Origin: Fibrobacterales bacterium
Lineage (GTDB): Bacteria; Fibrobacterota; Fibrobacteria; Fibrobacterales; JAOPTW01
Length of the DNA stretch: 64,000 nt
Direction: 5' to 3'
NCBI GenBank assembly: GCA_051532035.1
Contig: JAOPTW010000013.1
Span: 32,001-96,000 of the forward strand
The notes beneath the pieces are model-generated. The model was not told the origin of the DNA. It saw nothing but the letters and a program-made list of their open reading frames with translations, and did no database searches. The position numbers and the translations under genes are program-made. Below are positions 51,741-61,338 of this stretch, piece by piece. Position 1 is the stretch's first letter; each line of letters begins with the position of its first letter.

Positions 51741-51785
51741 GAAGTTCATAGGGTGATTGTGATATTCATGTTCTGGATAGTGCAA

Positions 51786-52259
51786 TCACCACCTATGCTG
51801 ACAATTGTAACATCGTGCTTTTGACTTAAAAAATGAAGAAATAATAATTGATGCGGCGCAAAGAATTAATGTTATGGGAGAATATACGATAACAACAACA
51901 GGAATACCGACTATCAATACTGTGTTTCTCATGGCATAGCCGCTTTTTTTGATTTTCACAGAGTTACACTTAGGGCAGATATCCTCTGCATCGTATTCAT
52001 CGTCTTCGCTTTCTTCAAATTCATCGAGAGGAATCTCAGCGTAATCGGCTGTAAGAAATTGATCAACTATTGCTTTGGCTTTACGTTGGTCATCCTTCAG
52101 AACCAGCAATTTAATGCCCTGAACCGCATTAGCAAATAATTGGTTTGATGAAACAATTCCCTCATCACGTATCTCGCAAATGATATCTTCACCAAGTAAT
52201 AGGTTCTCGACAATTTTTATGTCATGGAGGTTTGGGGAATTATAAATTTCAATGTGCAT
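51786..52259 (-). CDS. DUF2007-like protein with CxxC-TM-CxxC
   Basis: LLLGEDI..IRDE..GIKLLV N-domain; CPKCNS and CYNCQHRW flank a hydrophobic stretch. Confidence 0.75.
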   Translation of the reverse strand: MHIEIYNSPNLHDIKIVENLLLGEDIICEIRDEGIVSSNQLFANAVQGIKLLVLKDDQRKAKAIVDQFLTADYAEIPLDEFEESEDDEYDAEDICPKCNSVKIKKSGYAMRNTVLIVGIPVVVIVYSPITLILCAASIIISSFFKSKARCYNCQHRW

Positions 52260-52306
52260 AGGATCCTGCTGGCTTAATAGAGTTAATTTAGAATATTTAG
52301 AATGTT

Positions 52307-52328
52307 TTGTGAGCGTATGAGCTCACAA
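52307..52328. promoter_or_regulatory. Inverted repeat between divergent genes
   Basis: TTGTGAGC-GTATGA-GCTCACAA. Confidence 0.45.
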
Positions 52329-52426
52329 TATAACTCTGAAAAATCAACCAATCCCTCAATAAACCACCCCCTCCGCAACCAATACCCTCCCGACATTTTC
52401 TATCTTTGGCGCAACTGGAGATATAT

Positions 52427-52852
52427 ATGATACTCACAACCCCTGCCCTACTCTTCCCTGCAATTTCACTGCTGCTGCTTGCCTACACCAATCGTTTTGC
52501 AATAACCGCGCAACTCATACGACAGCTCCATGCTAATGGCAGAGAAAAAATGTCGCATATAATTGACCCTCAAATAGAAAACTTACGCAAGCGACTTAAT
52601 CTGATTAGAGTTATGCAGGCTTTTGGTATCACCAGCTTTCTATGTTGTACTGTTTCTATGCTCATGCTCTTTACTGAAAACATATCAGCGGGTAAATATA
52701 TTTTTGGTCTGAGTCTTGGACTTCTTTGTATTTCACTATGCATCTCACTCTGGGAGATTTGGATATCCGGTGATGCACTTAAATATGAACTCCAGGATAT
52801 GGAAAATGAACGAGATAGTGAAAAAAAAAGAAGAAAGGATGATGTTGTATGA
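52427..52852 (+). CDS. DUF2721 family membrane protein
   Basis: TTPALLFPAISLLLLAYTNRF signature; GGAG RBS before ATG 52427. Confidence 0.88.
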   Translation: MILTTPALLFPAISLLLLAYTNRFAITAQLIRQLHANGREKMSHIIDPQIENLRKRLNLIRVMQAFGITSFLCCTVSMLMLFTENISAGKYIFGLSLGLLCISLCISLWEIWISGDALKYELQDMENERDSEKKRRKDDVV

Positions 52853-53607
52853 TCGTGTTACTCTCCCCTGCTAAAAAAATGAAAATTGAAAACGCACTTA
52901 CCAAACGGTTTCGTGTACCACATTTTTTAAATGAAGCCGAAGAGATCAATGAATTCCTACTCGAATGGAATGAACCACACTTGAAAAAGGTGATGGCGAT
53001 AAGTGACGCACTGACTGAATCAACCATGCACATGATTGCTCATTGGAATACAAAACATACTGCCCAAAATAGTACTGAAGCGCTTCTTGCATTTGCGGGG
53101 CATGTTTTTGAAAGTATGGATCCTCATAGTTTTAGTGATAGTGAGCTGACCTTTGCCGATAACACCATCCGTATCCTCTCTGGATTTTATGGAATACTCA
53201 AACCACTCGACCTCATGAAACACTATCGTTTTGAACTTGGCTACCGTACGCCACTGTGTGAGAGTAAAAATCCTTACCATTACTGGAAAGAGAGAGTTAC
53301 CAATCAACTGAGAGAAGAGCTTGGTACTGATACTACGGTCCTCAATCTTGCATCAGACGAATACTCTAAGGTAATAGATTTTAAGAACTTAGATGCGACG
53401 GTTGTGACGCCTGTTTTCTTAGACCTTAAAAATGGCAAACTCAAAACAGTGAGTGTGTATGCAAAAGCGGCCCGTGGAAAAATGGCTCGGTATATTGTAA
53501 CAAAAAAGATTACTGACCCTAAAGACCTCATATCATATAGTGTTGATGGGTATAGCTATCAGCCAGACAAATCAGATGATTCACAAATGGTTTTTGTTCG
53601 CGAGTAA
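52849..53607 (+). CDS. yaaA: Peroxide stress protein YaaA
   Basis: LLSPAK, ILSGFYGILKPLD..YRFE, NLASDEY, AKAARGKMAR. Confidence 0.93.
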   Translation: MIVLLSPAKKMKIENALTKRFRVPHFLNEAEEINEFLLEWNEPHLKKVMAISDALTESTMHMIAHWNTKHTAQNSTEALLAFAGHVFESMDPHSFSDSELTFADNTIRILSGFYGILKPLDLMKHYRFELGYRTPLCESKNPYHYWKERVTNQLREELGTDTTVLNLASDEYSKVIDFKNLDATVVTPVFLDLKNGKLKTVSVYAKAARGKMARYIVTKKITDPKDLISYSVDGYSYQPDKSDDSQMVFVRE

Positions 53608-53644
53608 TCTGTAAATGAGTTACAGGCGCCCCTTATAAAAAGAG

Positions 53645-54211
53645 CTAGCCTATATAGCTTGAAAGTAACGCTTTAAATTCAATGACTGCCTTTTCTAGGT
53701 CGTCATTAATGAGTACATGTTCGTATTTGCCTTTTGTTTCGGCAAAATCAATCTCTTCACGAGCATTAGTAAGGCGGAGTTGTATTACTTCGTCACTGTC
53801 AGTTCCTCTGTGACGCAGCCGGCTTTCCATCTCATCCATGTTGGGAGGCATTATGAAAATACCAACGGCCTTGGGATACTCTTTATCAAAAGTAACTTTG
53901 CCATAGACATCCATATCGAGAATGACACTGATGCCTTTAGAAAGTTGCTCTTCAACATAGGCTCGCGGAGTACCATAAAAGTTTCCGTGCACTTCCATGT
54001 ATTCAATGAGTTGATCCTCTTTAATCATCTCTTTAAACTGTTCAACAGTTTTGAAAAAGTAGTGCTGACCATCAATTTCACCATCGCGAGGTAGGCGTGT
54101 TGTTGCAGAAATAGAGTAAGAGAGTGTTTCAAACTCATCAATTACTCTATCTTTTAATGTTGTTTTTCCGGCTCCTGAAGCAGCGGAGAGTACAAAGAGT
54201 GTCGCTTTCAT
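53645..54211 (-). CDS. gmk: Guanylate kinase
   Basis: SAASGAGKTT, SATTRLPRDGEIDGQHYFF, GNFYGT. Confidence 0.97.
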   Translation of the reverse strand: MKATLFVLSAASGAGKTTLKDRVIDEFETLSYSISATTRLPRDGEIDGQHYFFKTVEQFKEMIKEDQLIEYMEVHGNFYGTPRAYVEEQLSKGISVILDMDVYGKVTFDKEYPKAVGIFIMPPNMDEMESRLRHRGTDSDEVIQLRLTNAREEIDFAETKGKYEHVLINDDLEKAVIEFKALLSSYIG

Positions 54212-54214
54212 AAT

Positions 54215-54487
54215 CTACTCATCATCATTTTTAATTAGGGGAACATTGAGGAGTGCCTCTTGGCGTTTCTTACGTTCTTCAGTATTTTCTCGTCGCTGAC
54301 GCTCAAACTGAAGATCTTGAATTTTTTGGTTGTGAGTGAGTATCACTTCTTTGGATATGATCTCTTGCAGGCGCTCTAAGGCATGAGAAATCCCGCCAAT
54401 GGTATTCATTATAATCATAAACGACACTCCTATCACAAAGAGAAAGAGTATCGCTATAAAAATTCCGAGTTTGAGTTCAATATCCAT
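54215..54487 (-). CDS. Small membrane-anchored coiled-coil protein
   Basis: N-terminal TM helix and charged tail; tightly packed between neighbours. Confidence 0.8.
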   Translation of the reverse strand: MDIELKLGIFIAILFLFVIGVSFMIIMNTIGGISHALERLQEIISKEVILTHNQKIQDLQFERQRRENTEERKKRQEALLNVPLIKNDDE

Positions 54488-54494
54488 CTATATC

Positions 54495-57053
54495 CTACTG
54501 TTTTATAAGAAAGGGTTGTATCCAGTCAGCATGGTCATAATGTTTATCAGTAAGTGAATCCACCTGAAGTGAGAGCACTTGCACATTAGAAACATCGATG
54601 AATAAACTATTATAGGTAAAATTCTTTACTACAGATGATTTAAATAGCTCTTTACCATCACCATAGATTAAAAAGCGCACACCATCTCCTCCTGGGTCTT
54701 CGTCATCAAGACCATACCCAGCAATAAATGATTTGTATTTCCCATCAAGTTTAAAATCTTGGGTAGAAAATGCGTGTACCCCATAGCCGCTGGTAAATTC
54801 TCTACCGCCAATTTTTAATACATTACCATCAAGAGATTTGTCTACCTGTGCTTTAGACCATGACTGTATGCTTTTAACTGCACTCAGCTGCGTTAGTGGT
54901 TTAACTGTTGGATCATCAATAAACCCATCTTTAGTAACGCGACCAAGATCACGGCCTTCACTATTAAAAGCGAGTACTTCTAGAGTATAGAAGCCAACGA
55001 TTTTTTCTTTAAGAGGAATTGTTAATGGGGTGTCGCCTTTTTTAGGTTTAATAGACTGTACTTTCTGTCCATTAAAAATGATATCAAAGTCTGCAGTCTT
55101 CCCAATTTTCTTAAGTGAGAGATTTACTGAAAGGGCTGTATCGGTTACTTTGATATCTGAGAGTGTGAGATCACGTTCAATTTGCATCACTCGCTTTCCG
55201 TGAAGTTTAGATATATAGAGTGGATAACTGCGTACTACCTTAGAACGAAATACTTCTTGGAGGTCATAGGACTGTTCAAAACCATCACACACCGCTTCAA
55301 TACGCGTTTCGACGGCTTTTTTATGGAATGACTTACTATTCCAGCAATCGAGTCCCCGTACATAGTAGACTTCCCCACCGAACGATTTCATTAACTCTTT
55401 CTGTTTAACTGAACCAAGCGCTTTAAAATTGCGGTAGTGCATGGATGAATGCCCATATCCGAGCATATGATACGGTCGACCATAGATAAAGAGTTTGCGC
55501 CCTTCGTTTTCGGCAATCCAACCACGAAGTTCAACCTGTTCGGTAGTGAGGTGGTTTCTCTTATACATTATATTTTTCTCGAAACTTGGTTTGTGTCTAT
55601 ACGTCAGTGAAAAGAGCACGGCAAGTACCAACAAGGTAAAACCAATGTTTTTCTTAACAGATACTTTTTCGTCACCACCACCAATAAACTTCTTGAGCCA
55701 TACCGCAAGTACTTGATAGATAAAAAATCCGGCAAAGAAGGCCATTGTTGGTAAGACAATAAGGATATAGCGCTGATTAATGTTAATGGTAAAGTCACCC
55801 GACACATTTTCGAAAATCATAAAACTTTGGATGTGATAGAGTGCTAAGAAGAGGAGCCATTTACGATACGAGCTGTTCTTAAAGGCTGCGATACAGAAGG
55901 TTACGAAGCCTGCAATAGAGAGTACTGTTTGATAACTGAGGAATGGGTTATCTAAGAGGTCGCCCTTCATTGGGGTATTGACCATCAGCTTGAGGTTAAT
56001 CCAGAGGTTTTCCCAAAAGTGTCCATGAGCACTGTGTTCTCCCCCTTGAAATGAATAGCCCTGATAAATCGATATGGTAATCAAGATTGGGATACTAAAG
56101 AACGTAAGGAACGTTGTAAAAGCGTGGAAGCTCTTTTTATTATCAAGAAGAAGGGGCAGAGAAAAGATGCCAAAAGCTAAGAAGCAGAAAACCGTCTCTT
56201 GTCTTGTTTGTGCAAAGAGCCCTAAAAATGCTGCAAACAGTGCCCAATCCCAGTAGTCTTTACTGTGCTCAAAGGCCCACTTCATTAAAAAGAGAGCAGT
56301 GAGCGATAGGAGTACATAGAGGGGCTCCACTGATGAAGACCTAAATTGAAACATGAGGGTTGGCGTCAGGCCAAGCATTGCCGTAGAAAACAGTGAAAGA
56401 ACCTCATTGTTGGTCCAACTATTGATTCCGTAAAACGTTGCAAAAAACATGAGAAAATAGAAGACGAGCTGGAGTTTAAATATCCATTCGAGGTCTTCTC
56501 CAAATAATTTCATGGGAAGCATATAGAGAAGCGCAAGGCCCTTAGCTTTGAAGTTGGTAACGGTTGTTTTACAATCCATATCACCTTTAGCATCAAAATA
56601 GCCCTCTTTACAGGCGCCAGCACTTTGATTGTGGTACATGTTTTGCGCAGCGGCAAGGTAAATAGACTCATCTGATTGAACTCGGTGACGTTCAACGATA
56701 TAGGTGCCTGTAAACCAAGTACAGATAACTGCCAGTGATGTGAGCACAATTATTGTAGATCTACTTGGGGTATAGCTTTTAAAAAATTCCCACAGTGATT
56801 TTCTTTTTTTGAATGAGAGTACCGCAATTACAATAACGTTAAGAAGTAGTATCCAAAAACTCTGATGTTGATCCATAACTTGCTTGAGGAAGTACTTACC
56901 ACCTGCCAATCCATCAACAAATTCGCGAAGAGGGCCTTTTTGGGCAAGAACGATAAGAAGTATTACAACAACTACAGGGAAAATGAGGGGTACCAAACGC
57001 TCTGGCTTTTTGATTTTCTCTATTAGCTGGGTAAAATGTTCAGGAATGGTCAT
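54495..57053 (-). CDS. GT-C-like (ArnT/PMT-type) membrane glycosyltransferase with C-terminal NPCBM/NEW2 domain
   Basis: Many TM helices, SDESIY loop motif; DKSLDGNVLKIGG..GYGVHA..DHADW NPCBM; ATG 57053 preferred. Confidence 0.8.
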   Translation of the reverse strand: MTIPEHFTQLIEKIKKPERLVPLIFPVVVVILLIVLAQKGPLREFVDGLAGGKYFLKQVMDQHQSFWILLLNVIVIAVLSFKKRKSLWEFFKSYTPSRSTIIVLTSLAVICTWFTGTYIVERHRVQSDESIYLAAAQNMYHNQSAGACKEGYFDAKGDMDCKTTVTNFKAKGLALLYMLPMKLFGEDLEWIFKLQLVFYFLMFFATFYGINSWTNNEVLSLFSTAMLGLTPTLMFQFRSSSVEPLYVLLSLTALFLMKWAFEHSKDYWDWALFAAFLGLFAQTRQETVFCFLAFGIFSLPLLLDNKKSFHAFTTFLTFFSIPILITISIYQGYSFQGGEHSAHGHFWENLWINLKLMVNTPMKGDLLDNPFLSYQTVLSIAGFVTFCIAAFKNSSYRKWLLFLALYHIQSFMIFENVSGDFTININQRYILIVLPTMAFFAGFFIYQVLAVWLKKFIGGGDEKVSVKKNIGFTLLVLAVLFSLTYRHKPSFEKNIMYKRNHLTTEQVELRGWIAENEGRKLFIYGRPYHMLGYGHSSMHYRNFKALGSVKQKELMKSFGGEVYYVRGLDCWNSKSFHKKAVETRIEAVCDGFEQSYDLQEVFRSKVVRSYPLYISKLHGKRVMQIERDLTLSDIKVTDTALSVNLSLKKIGKTADFDIIFNGQKVQSIKPKKGDTPLTIPLKEKIVGFYTLEVLAFNSEGRDLGRVTKDGFIDDPTVKPLTQLSAVKSIQSWSKAQVDKSLDGNVLKIGGREFTSGYGVHAFSTQDFKLDGKYKSFIAGYGLDDEDPGGDGVRFLIYGDGKELFKSSVVKNFTYNSLFIDVSNVQVLSLQVDSLTDKHYDHADWIQPFLIKQ

Positions 57054-57285
57054 ACAAAATCCGATTGCTTTAAACTCAAGGAAATTATAGAAAAAGATAA
57101 TTGTTAGGGTACCTCTAAAAAGGGCTTTTAACAGATCCCTGTCCAAATATCGATAATAGTAAGGTATAGAAATTTTGAACGAAAGAGGCTTTAACTCGTT
57201 AAGCAGTTATGAGTGAGATTTGATCTTCAACAAAGAAACTTTTTTATACTATATTAAATTGTAACCTCCTAAAATTTGGCTCATT

Positions 57286-58806
57286 ATGCAAAACAGCGGC
57301 TTTTTTACATTCCGAACATTGATCATTTCACTCTCCCTTATGATAAGTTCAGTTATTGCTGAAACTCAATTGAATATGTGGATCATGCCTAATGGTGAGC
57401 GGCCCAGTAAAAACATTAAAGCCTATACCGACCAGTTTGAAAAAGAAAATCCTGGAATTACCGTCAATATAGAGGTGTTAAGCTGGGGAAATGCTATTTC
57501 TCGACTTAAAATGATCGCTAAAACCAAGCGCGGACCAGATCTTGTACAAGTGGGCACCACCTGGGTTCCCTATCTGAGTGAATTAGGAGCGCTTCTCGAT
57601 CTCACACCCTATATGGACAATCTCTCAAGACCTGAAGAATTTTTGAGTGCTACTTGGAGCTCAACCCACCGATTTGGGTATAGCGAAATTGTCGCGCTAC
57701 CTTGGTTTTTGGATGTACGTACTATTTCATTGAATAAGCGTCACTTTGATTCAATGGGCTTTTCTAGAAAGAATTTTGAAACTATAGAGAGCTTTAAGCG
57801 ATCTCTTAAAGTATTTGCTCAGAAAAAAGTGACTCACGAGGGTAAACGTGTGTGGCCAATTTCGTTTTCTGGAATTGGTGATTGGAACTTAATACACAAT
57901 TTTGCCCCGTGGATTTGGTCCAATGGTGGTTCATTTGTCAAAGAGGTCGATGGGAAGTTTGTCAGTAATATGAGTGACCCCAAAACTATTCAGGGCATTC
58001 GTGAAAATATCTCTTTCTATTTTGAAAAGCTCATCGACCCAACAGATATAGAGCGTGGTACTACGCTCACCGAGAAAAAGTTTAATAATGGTGAATCTTT
58101 TAGCCTTCTTGGTACAACCTTTGGTGCATTAACCCGTCACTATAATCGTGTAAAAGAGGGTAAAGCTGATCTGAATACGTTAGAAGATATGGTTTTAGTT
58201 CCTTATCCAAAGGGTCCTGGCGGTCAATTTTCATTTATTGGGGGAAGTAACCTTGCTATCCCCAAGTACACAAAAAACAAAGAAGCGGCAATTAAATTAC
58301 TCGGCTTTCTTATGCAAGACTCTACCCTCTTTCATTATTCCAGAGATATTGGAGCGTTTTCTACCAAAAAGAAAATTGTAAATAATGTGCCCGAAGTAAA
58401 TAGTGACTATTATCAAGCTATCTTAACCAGCTTAAAATTTGGACGTGCCTTCCCTAATATTCCAGAATGGACCGAGGTGGGCTATGTACTTAAAGAAGGT
58501 TTAGAGAATATTTGGTGGCAAGTGTCGGGTATTTATGGTGATTTTAATGAAGAATATTTTATAAAAGAGCTCCAAAACATGGATGCTAAAGTGAACAAAA
58601 TTCTCAATAATTCCAGCATGAGTGAAGCGTATGATAGCGACGATATGGTTATAGAGATTCCTCTCCCTGGTCAAGTGGGGAGCGCATCATCATTCATAGA
58701 TAGACTGGGACTCACACAAAACTCAATTAATGCGATCATAGGTATTTTACTTGCCATAGTAATCGTAACGTTGATACTCTTTTTGGCTAAGGGTAAGAAG
58801 GACTAG
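57286..58806 (+). CDS. Sugar-type extracellular solute-binding protein with C-terminal TM helix
   Basis: FEKENPGITV, GPDLVQVGTTW, LPWFLDVR, FIGGSNLAI; hydrophobic C-terminus then KGKKD. Confidence 0.88.
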   Translation: MQNSGFFTFRTLIISLSLMISSVIAETQLNMWIMPNGERPSKNIKAYTDQFEKENPGITVNIEVLSWGNAISRLKMIAKTKRGPDLVQVGTTWVPYLSELGALLDLTPYMDNLSRPEEFLSATWSSTHRFGYSEIVALPWFLDVRTISLNKRHFDSMGFSRKNFETIESFKRSLKVFAQKKVTHEGKRVWPISFSGIGDWNLIHNFAPWIWSNGGSFVKEVDGKFVSNMSDPKTIQGIRENISFYFEKLIDPTDIERGTTLTEKKFNNGESFSLLGTTFGALTRHYNRVKEGKADLNTLEDMVLVPYPKGPGGQFSFIGGSNLAIPKYTKNKEAAIKLLGFLMQDSTLFHYSRDIGAFSTKKKIVNNVPEVNSDYYQAILTSLKFGRAFPNIPEWTEVGYVLKEGLENIWWQVSGIYGDFNEEYFIKELQNMDAKVNKILNNSSMSEAYDSDDMVIEIPLPGQVGSASSFIDRLGLTQNSINAIIGILLAIVIVTLILFLAKGKKD

Positions 58807-58877
58807 TTCTTATTTATTCTTCTATGCCATCAGTATGCTCTATGTTTAATTTTTTACTTTATTTATTTTATTAACTA

Positions 58878-58985
58878 CTGGGGGCTGCGCACCCCCAGAC
58901 CCGCGCCAATATTTTTCTGCAGCAAAAAATACTGGACAAAATGCCGTCGCTGACCCGCAGCGAACCCGAAGGCCAGTCAGGTTCA
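58878..58985. repeat. GC-rich multi-hairpin REP/MITE-like intergenic element
   Basis: CTGGGGG-ctgcgca-CCCCCAG (58878-58898) and CCAATATTTTT..AAAAATACTGG (58906-58935); single copy in window. Confidence 0.55.
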
Positions 58986-59111
58986 GATATAAACCGCTCA
59001 GGATTAAACCTTCGATTCAACGAGAATGTTATTGAAAATATATACCTAACATCTTTATCCCTACCTTTTGTGGCTAAGATGTTAAATGTTTGATAACTAT
59101 ACAATTAGGAA

Positions 59112-59723
59112 TTACTGCTTAAGGAAATCCTTGATGAGATTCATGAGATCAGGATACTCTTCTACAGCAGGGAGCTCAGGGAATTGATCCTGAATTGCCT
59201 TATTAGACTTAAAGAGAATACCAAGCTCAGCTTCTTTAAGCATTGTCGTATCATTAAATGAATCACCCGCAGCACAGATAGAGTAATTAAGCCCTGTGAG
59301 TGCTTGAACCGCTTTTTTCTTCTGGTCTGGCTGTCTGAGACAATAGTCTACAATAACATCATTTTCGACTGTAAGATTGTGACAAAAAATAGTTGGCCAA
59401 TCGAGTTGTTTCATGAAGGGAACCGCAAATTCTACAAATGTATCAGACAGAATAATAACCTGGGTGATTGAGCGGAGCTCTGCAAGAAATTCTTTAGCAC
59501 CTTTAAGCGGTTCTAATGTGCTGATAACGTCTTGTATTTGACTTAATTTGAAGTTGTTTTCTTTTAAGATATCGAGACGGCCCTGCATGAGTTCGTCATA
59601 ATCAGGAATGTCACGCGTAGTTAGTTTTAAGGCTTCAATACCTGTTTTGTTGGCAAATTCAATCCAAACTTCGGGTATCAGAACCCCTTCTAAGTCGAGG
59701 GCAATAATTTTTTGTGTAGCCAT
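59112..59723 (-). CDS. thrH: Phosphoserine phosphatase/homoserine phosphotransferase ThrH
   Basis: LDLEGVLIPEVWI, TTRDIPDYDELM, ILSDTF, AAGDSFNDTTML. Confidence 0.95.
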   Translation of the reverse strand: MATQKIIALDLEGVLIPEVWIEFANKTGIEALKLTTRDIPDYDELMQGRLDILKENNFKLSQIQDVISTLEPLKGAKEFLAELRSITQVIILSDTFVEFAVPFMKQLDWPTIFCHNLTVENDVIVDYCLRQPDQKKKAVQALTGLNYSICAAGDSFNDTTMLKEAELGILFKSNKAIQDQFPELPAVEEYPDLMNLIKDFLKQ

Positions 59724-60610
59724 TACTTTGCTCCCTTAAAGTACTCTTCTATTTCGGTTGGGGTAAAAAGGTACTGAGTTCTGCAAAAATCACAAATGAT
59801 TTCAGTGTCTTCGCCTTTTGTAACAATATCAGCAATATCATTTTTTGACAATGCTTGAAGTGAATTTAACGAACGGTCTTTTGAACAAAAGCATTGAAAC
59901 ACTGGGTCACGGGTTGCGTGAATAACCGGAGTAAACGGACCATAAAGCTCATTGAGCAAACCTTCAATATCATACCCTTCAGCAGTACTAAAATCATCAA
60001 AAGGTTTCATGTTTACGATTACTTGTTCGAGAATAGCGGTCGTTTTATCATCTATATCAGGAAATGCCTCTACAAGAAACCCAACGGCATATTCGAGCTC
60101 TTTAGTAGTCCCCTCTTTGAGTTTGGTTGCAATGCCTACTGCTGATTTTGTCTGTTCAGAGTTGAGGTAGTATGCCGCAAGGGATTTACTAATCTCTGGG
60201 TGCGTCATCTCTACAATGCCTTCTGAAAGAAGCTTGGCCTCTTTATTATATTTTTTAACCCTGAGTGTCTGGGGAGATAAGAGGAGTTCAAAGTCTCCTG
60301 CAGCATCAATCTCTTCGTGCGGTATCTTGGCCCGAACAAGGCCAGCAGGTGTTGAGTCAGCCATTACATAGCTAATGTCGCCCGAAAACTCAGCTTTAAA
60401 ACTAACGGTTCCATTATCTTTGAGGGATGAGGAGAGCATCAGTGATGCAATTGAGGATTCTGCAAGGAGGGAAAGGGTCCATGCCTCGGCCCCCTGTATG
60501 GCGCCGATTTTATTTGCGGTGCGGGTAAAGTCAATAACGACAACTCTAAAGGGTGCTTTTTCGGCAGTTGATCGAATGATTGTATCTTTTCGATGAGTAG
60601 TCTCTGACAC
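59723..60610 (-). CDS. hslO: Hsp33 redox-regulated chaperone
   Basis: YYLNSEQ and C-terminal CFC...CDFC zinc motif. Confidence 0.92.
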   Translation of the reverse strand: MSETTHRKDTIIRSTAEKAPFRVVVIDFTRTANKIGAIQGAEAWTLSLLAESSIASLMLSSSLKDNGTVSFKAEFSGDISYVMADSTPAGLVRAKIPHEEIDAAGDFELLLSPQTLRVKKYNKEAKLLSEGIVEMTHPEISKSLAAYYLNSEQTKSAVGIATKLKEGTTKELEYAVGFLVEAFPDIDDKTTAILEQVIVNMKPFDDFSTAEGYDIEGLLNELYGPFTPVIHATRDPVFQCFCSKDRSLNSLQALSKNDIADIVTKGEDTEIICDFCRTQYLFTPTEIEEYFKGAK

Positions 60611-60757
60611 AGAAGTCTCCTGAGAGGAAGGTGTAAATCGTTATTTCAGTTCAAAAATACAAAATTAATACCCCTTTTTAAATCAGATCTTCGGTGAATA
60701 AGTTAAATTTTGGCTGTTTGGAAGAATACGAGCAAAAAAGTTCAATCACCGCATCAT

Positions 60758-61291
60758 ATGAATAGAGAAAAAGTAGCACGAGCTATCCGGTATTACCGAT
60801 ACAAGCTGTTTCCACGGAATCAGCGGTCGTTTCCTGTAGCGCTTTCTATTTTCTTAGGAGTATGGATCGGAGTAATGCCAACTATAGGTATCGCTATTGC
60901 GCTCACTATTCTGATCTGTAAAATTATACGCATTCCAATAATCCCCGGTGTTACTGCATCATTTATTGCGAACCCGGCAACCCAGTTTCCATTCTTTTAT
61001 CCTGGGGGCTATGCAATTGGCACGGCGATTGTCGACCCTCCCCCTTTTGAGTTTCTCTCAATTTTTCAAAAAATATCTCAAGGATTTTCGATTACAGAGT
61101 TAAGTAGTTATGGCGAAACCTTAGGTGGCTTTGCCTCACTGGCCACACAAAATACTCACCATTTTGTTAGTTTCATGGTGGGTATGACTGTTCTTTCGAC
61201 AATTATCGGTGGCGTTTGCTTTTTTGCAGCACTCTATTATATGGAGAATCTTAAAAAAAACCGATTTAATGCGAAAGGTTCTAAACGATAG
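60758..61291 (+). CDS. DUF2062 family membrane protein
   Basis: ALSIFLGVWIGVMPTIG, FIANPAT. Confidence 0.8.
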   Translation: MNREKVARAIRYYRYKLFPRNQRSFPVALSIFLGVWIGVMPTIGIAIALTILICKIIRIPIIPGVTASFIANPATQFPFFYPGGYAIGTAIVDPPPFEFLSIFQKISQGFSITELSSYGETLGGFASLATQNTHHFVSFMVGMTVLSTIIGGVCFFAALYYMENLKKNRFNAKGSKR

Positions 61292-61338
61292 GCTAAAAAA
61301 AGCCGAAAACCTATAGAGGAACAGTTACCTTTATAGAT

